Below are positions 59,344 to 64,000 of a stretch of DNA of 64,000 nucleotides, piece by piece. Numbering within the stretch: position 1 is the stretch's first letter; every line of letters starts with the position of its first letter. The position numbers were made by a program, and so were the translations under genes. The notes under the pieces are model-generated. The model was not told the origin of the DNA. It saw nothing but the letters and a program-made list of their open reading frames with translations, and ran no database searches. Source of the DNA: Macrostomum hystrix. Its lineage: Eukaryota > Animalia > Platyhelminthes. The DNA is taken from assembly GCA_950097015.1 (NCBI GenBank), contig CATNEN010000034.1, forward strand, positions 434,001 to 498,000, in the 5' to 3' direction.

Positions 59344-60240
59344 GACCTGAATTGTGCGGTGAGGATGGGGACAATGTCTGAGGCCCTGAAGGACCTGAAG
59401 TGTGTGGTGAGGATGGGGACAATGTCTGAGGCCCTGAAGGACCTGAAGTGTGTGGTGAGGATGGGGACAATGTCTGAGGCCCTGAAGGACCTGAAGTGTG
59501 TGGTGAGGATGGGGACAATGTCTGAGGCCCTGAAGCTCCTGAAGTGTGCGGTGAGGATGGGGACAATGTCTGAGGCCCTGAAGGACCTGAAGTGTGTGGT
59601 GAGGATGGGGACAATGTCTGAGGCCCTGAAGGACCTGAAGTGTGTGGTGAGGATGGGGACAATGTCTGAGGCCCTGAAGGACCTGAAGTGTGTGGTGAGG
59701 ATGGGGACAATGTCTGAGGCCCTGAAGGACCTGAAGTGTGTGGTGAGGATGGGGACAATGTCTGAGGCCCTGAAGGACCTGAAGTGTGTGGTGAGGATGG
59801 GGACAATGTCTGAGGCCCTGAAGGACCTGAATTGTGCGGTGAGGATGGGGACAATGTCTGAGGCCCTGAAGGACCTGAAGTGTGTGGTGAGGATGGGGAC
59901 AATGTCTGAGCCCTGAAGCTCCTGAAGTGTGTGGTGAGGATGGGGACAATGTCTGAGGCCCTGAAGGACCTGAAGTGTGCGGTGAGGATGGGGACAATGT
60001 CTGAGGCCCTGAAGGACCTGAATTGTGCGGTGAGGATGGGGACAATGTCTGAGGCCCTGAAGGACCTGAAGTGTGTGGTGAGGATGGGGACAATGTCTGA
60101 GGCCCTGAAGGACCTGAAGTGTGTGGTGAGGATGGGGACAATGTCTGAGCCCTGAAGCTCCTGAAGTGTGTGGTGAGGATGGGGACAATGTCTGAGGCCC
60201 TGAAGGACCTGAAGTGTGCGGTGAGGATGGGGACAATGTC
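59344..60240. repeat. 48-bp minisatellite, right arm
   Basis: About 19 copies, resuming the interrupted unit exactly at gacc-tgaattgtgcgg. Confidence 0.97.
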
Positions 60241-61179
60241 TCTCTTGCGTTTAACTCCGTATAGGAAAATTTCTTGACTTACATAAATAGGTTTAGTACG
60301 GTCTTGCGGTGACTGTTAGTTGAGCTACACGGAGCAGAAGCAGCAGGAGTTGCTATGTCACTATGCTAACTCCTTTCATGCGCCCTAATTATAGCTGACA
60401 GTTCGCGAGCTCTTCGATGTGTTAGAGAATTACGATGCCTCTAGATGGCTCGTTTTGGTTCAATCAAATTAAGGCTTTTTGTTGGCTTACCTCCTTGGCA
60501 ATGTATACGTTTGTTGATAGGTAAAATATCAAGTTTATAAACTAGCTGAGACTCCACAGCCTGCTGTTCAGATGGTCGGCACTCTCTTCTATCAATCTTT
60601 TTGTGCCTTTTCTAGCTAATCGGATGCTAGCCAATGGCAGCGATTCTATTGGCCAATGTTGACCAACTCTGACAGCCAATCGCAGACCGAGGACAAGGGA
60701 AAACAGTTGAATGGGAAGTCGAGAGGCTTGAAGACCAGGTTCCTCATTAAGTGTGGTTGGTCTTTTTTGTGTTGAAAATTTCACGATTTAAAAAAAGCAG
60801 AAATGGTCACAATGGCAGCAGTGTTACATCACCCGCAGCTTTGGGGCTGGGCTGAAAAATGGTCAGCTTTTGAGCAAGTTCCGGACCCCCTCGAGCAAAA
60901 AAATTAGAACCATTTTTTAAATAGAGTGAAACAAACTGCCACTTCCTTCCGAGATATTTGGGAGGCCGCTGCGGTCCCGTGGGTCGGGATAAATGTAGGA
61001 GGGGCGGAACCAGTTTTTTTCATTTCGTGAAGTTTTTTCTGCTTCCTCTTTTAGAAGAGTTTTTGCAAGAAAAAGGTCCACCCCGTGACATTGCGCGCAA
61101 GAGTAAAAAAGGCCCATCAGGGGTCATCAGGTCACACTGGCTCAAGGTGTGGTTGCTAGGGTATGCAATTCAAAGCTGT

Positions 61180-62835
61180 GAGCATAGACTCAACTGTACT
61201 CGAGTACTTGAGCACATGAGATTGGAGCAGTGGCTATACAGACTCAACTGTACTCGAGTACTTGAGCACATGAGATTGGAGCAGTGGCTATACAGACTCA
61301 ACTGTACTCGAGTACTTGAGCACATGAGATTGGAGCAGTGACCATACAGACTCAACTGTACTCGAGTACTTGAGCACATGAGATTGGAGCAGTGACCATA
61401 TGGACTCAACTGTACTCGATTACTTGAGCGCATGAGATTGGAGCAGTGACTATACAGACTCAACTGTACTCGATTACTTGAGCACATGAGATTGGAGCAG
61501 TGACCATACAGACTCAACTGTACTCGAGTACTTGAGCACATGAGATTGGAGCAGTGACCATACAGACTCAACTGTACTCGAGTACTTGAGCACATGAGAT
61601 TGGAGCAGTGACCATATGGACTCAACTGTACTCGATTACTTAAGCGCATGAGATTGGAGCAGTGACTATACAGACTCAACTGTACTCGAGTACTTGAGCG
61701 CATGAGATTGGAGCAGTGACTATACAGACTCAACTGTACTCGATTACTTGAGCACATGAGATTGGAGCAGTGACCATATGGACTCAACTGTACTCGAGTA
61801 CTTGAGCACATGAGATTGGAGCAGTGACCATACAGACTCAACTGTACTCGATTACTTGAGCACATGAGATTGGAGCAGTGACCATACAGACTCAACTGTA
61901 CTCGAGTACTTGAGCACATGAGATTGGAGCAGTGACCATACAGACTCAACTGTACTCGAGTACTTGAGCACATGAGATTGGAGCAGTGACCATATGGACT
62001 CAACTGTACTCGATTACTTGAGCGCATGAAATTGGAGCAGTGACTATACAGACTCAACTGTACTCGATTACTTGAGCACATGAGATTGGAGCAGTGGCTA
62101 TACAGACTCAACTGTACTCGAGTACTTGAGCACATGAGATTGGAGCAGTGACCATACAGACTCAACTGTACTCGAGTACTTGAGCACATGAGATTGGAGC
62201 AGTGACCATATGGACTCAACTGTACTCGATTACTTGAGCGCATGAAATTGGAGCAGTGACTATACAGACTCAACTGTACTCGATTACTTGAGCACATGAG
62301 ATTGGAGCAGTGGCTATACAGACTCAACTGTACTCGAGTACTTGAGCACATGAGATTGGAGCAGTGACCATATGGACTCAACTGTACTCGATTACTTGAG
62401 CACATGAGATTGGAGCCGTGACTATACAGACTCAACTGTACTCGAGTACTTGAGCGCATGAGATTGGAGCAGTGACCATACAGACTCAACTGTACTCGAT
62501 TACTTGAGCACATGAGATTGGAGCAGTGACTATACAGACTCAACTGTACTCGAGTACTTGAGCACATAAGATTGGAGCAGTGACCATACAGACTCAAATG
62601 TACTCGAGTACTTGAGCACATGAGATTGGAGCAGTGACCATATGGACTCAACTGTACTCGATTACTTGAGCACATGAGATTGGAGCAGTGACCATACAGA
62701 CTCAACTGTACTCGATTACTTGAGCACATGAGATTGGAGCAGTGACCATATGGACTCAGCTGTACTCGAGTACTTGAGCACATGAGATTGGAGCAGTGAC
62801 CATATGGACTCAAGTGTACTCGAGTACTTGAGCAC
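61180..62835. repeat. 54-bp minisatellite ACTCAACTGTACTCGAGTACTTGAGCACATGAGATTGGAGCAGTGACCATACAG
   Basis: About 31 copies; 12-bp palindrome GTACTCGAGTAC; 216-bp (4-unit) higher-order repetition. Confidence 0.97.
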
Positions 62836-63344
62836 ATTATATTTTTTAGTTCTAGAAAGTGAATACGAGTACACACACAGCAACCGTAATAAGTCGAATA
62901 CTGCAGAAGCTACTCATGCAATAAATTATGGTAACACGCCGATTGACGCCGATAACAGCGCACTCTCACAAGCCCTGCTTTCATTGCAGAATTATGCACC
63001 CATTGTAGCGATCTTGAAAGCCGGTGATTAAACGTTTCTGCGCAATTCACATAACCTAATTCCTTGGCTCGCTTTAGTTCTGCTAAACAAAGTGAAAGCA
63101 AAATTCAGCACTAATTGTGCAGGCAACAGAGGGACGGAGCTGTGATTAAATAATATGAATTATAACCATTTTGCAGCCTCCTCAACTACAGAATAGTTAA
63201 GATCTTTTGTTGATCATCGAGCTAATGTGTCTGTTTGCGTACTGCGCACAGCAGTTGAAGGTCGAATTGGCAGGAAGGGAATTATTTTTTTGATTCGATT
63301 GAAAAAACTGCCTTGTTGGGGTGGCTGTAACCACACTAAGTTTT

Positions 63345-63525
63345 CTTCGAAATCCCATTTCTTCGAAATCACATTTCTTCGAAATCCCATTTCTTAAAAA
63401 TCCTATTTCTTTCGAAATCCCATTTCTTTCGAAATCCCATTTCTTTCGAAATCCCATTTCTTTCGAAATCCCATTTCTTTCGAAATCCCATTTCTTTCGA
63501 AATCCCATTTCTTTCGAAATCCCAT
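63345..63525. repeat. 17-bp minisatellite TTTCGAAATCCCATTTC, decaying into GAAATC-rich sequence to about 63880
   Basis: About 10 clear copies plus degenerate downstream relatives. Confidence 0.88.
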
Positions 63526-64000
63526 CTTCAGGAAATCTCGATTGCATGAAATCGTCAGTCTCAGAAATTTTGATTCTAGAAAATCCTACTTCCCGAAACC
63601 CTAATTATCCAAACTCCCGTTTCTTTAAAATCCCAATTCTCCAAAATCCCAATGTTCCGAAAACCTGATGCCAGGAAATCTTGATGAAAGAAAATTTAGA
63701 TTCCAGGAAATCCCGATCCAGAAACTCCGATTGGATGAAATTGTCATTCTCCGAAATCTCAATTCTGGAAAATCCCATTTCTTCGAAATCCTTTGACTCT
63801 GAAATATCGTTTCTCAGAAAACCTGAAGCCAGGAAATTACGATTTCGTGATTCTCGAGAAATCCAATTTCTCTAGAATCCCAAAACACGGCCCAATAAAC
63901 TTTGTGCATCTCCACCAAATGACTGCCGACACAGCGTGTCCTAAAGTCATTCCAGATGTCGGCCTGTTGAATTCTACACGCAATTGTGTCCTAATCAATC

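Overview
Eukaryotic (animal) genomic DNA. GC-rich spliced exons sit among roughly 33 mostly unrelated tandem-repeat arrays that fill about a third of the window. The style resembles a flatworm such as Macrostomum, but that is inference only. Well-supported content: (1) a complete 7-exon MATE/SLC47-type transporter gene on + (9193-14964, 525 aa); (2) an intronless, atypical AGC-like Ser/Thr kinase ORF on + (17458-19332); (3) a 7-cadherin-repeat, delta-like protocadherin on - (39486 to 23940, about 1158 aa as modelled); (4) a young 4890-bp Ty3/Gypsy LTR retrotransposon (54454-59343) inserted in register into a 48-bp minisatellite. That element has identical 149-bp LTRs, a GACC TSD, a tRNA-Leu PBS, a PPT, a -1 gag-pol frameshift signal, a dUTPase-like relic between protease and RT, and one extra base in RT. 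Less certain: an unidentified multi-exon gene on - in the first 6.6 kb, a 359-bp retroposed insertion with a 14-bp TSD in a protocadherin intron, and a tRNA-derived fragment. Most long ORFs in the supplied track are translations of tandem repeats and are not genes. No CRISPR array, rRNA or intact tRNA was seen. Array boundaries are approximate (about +/-10-20 nt).
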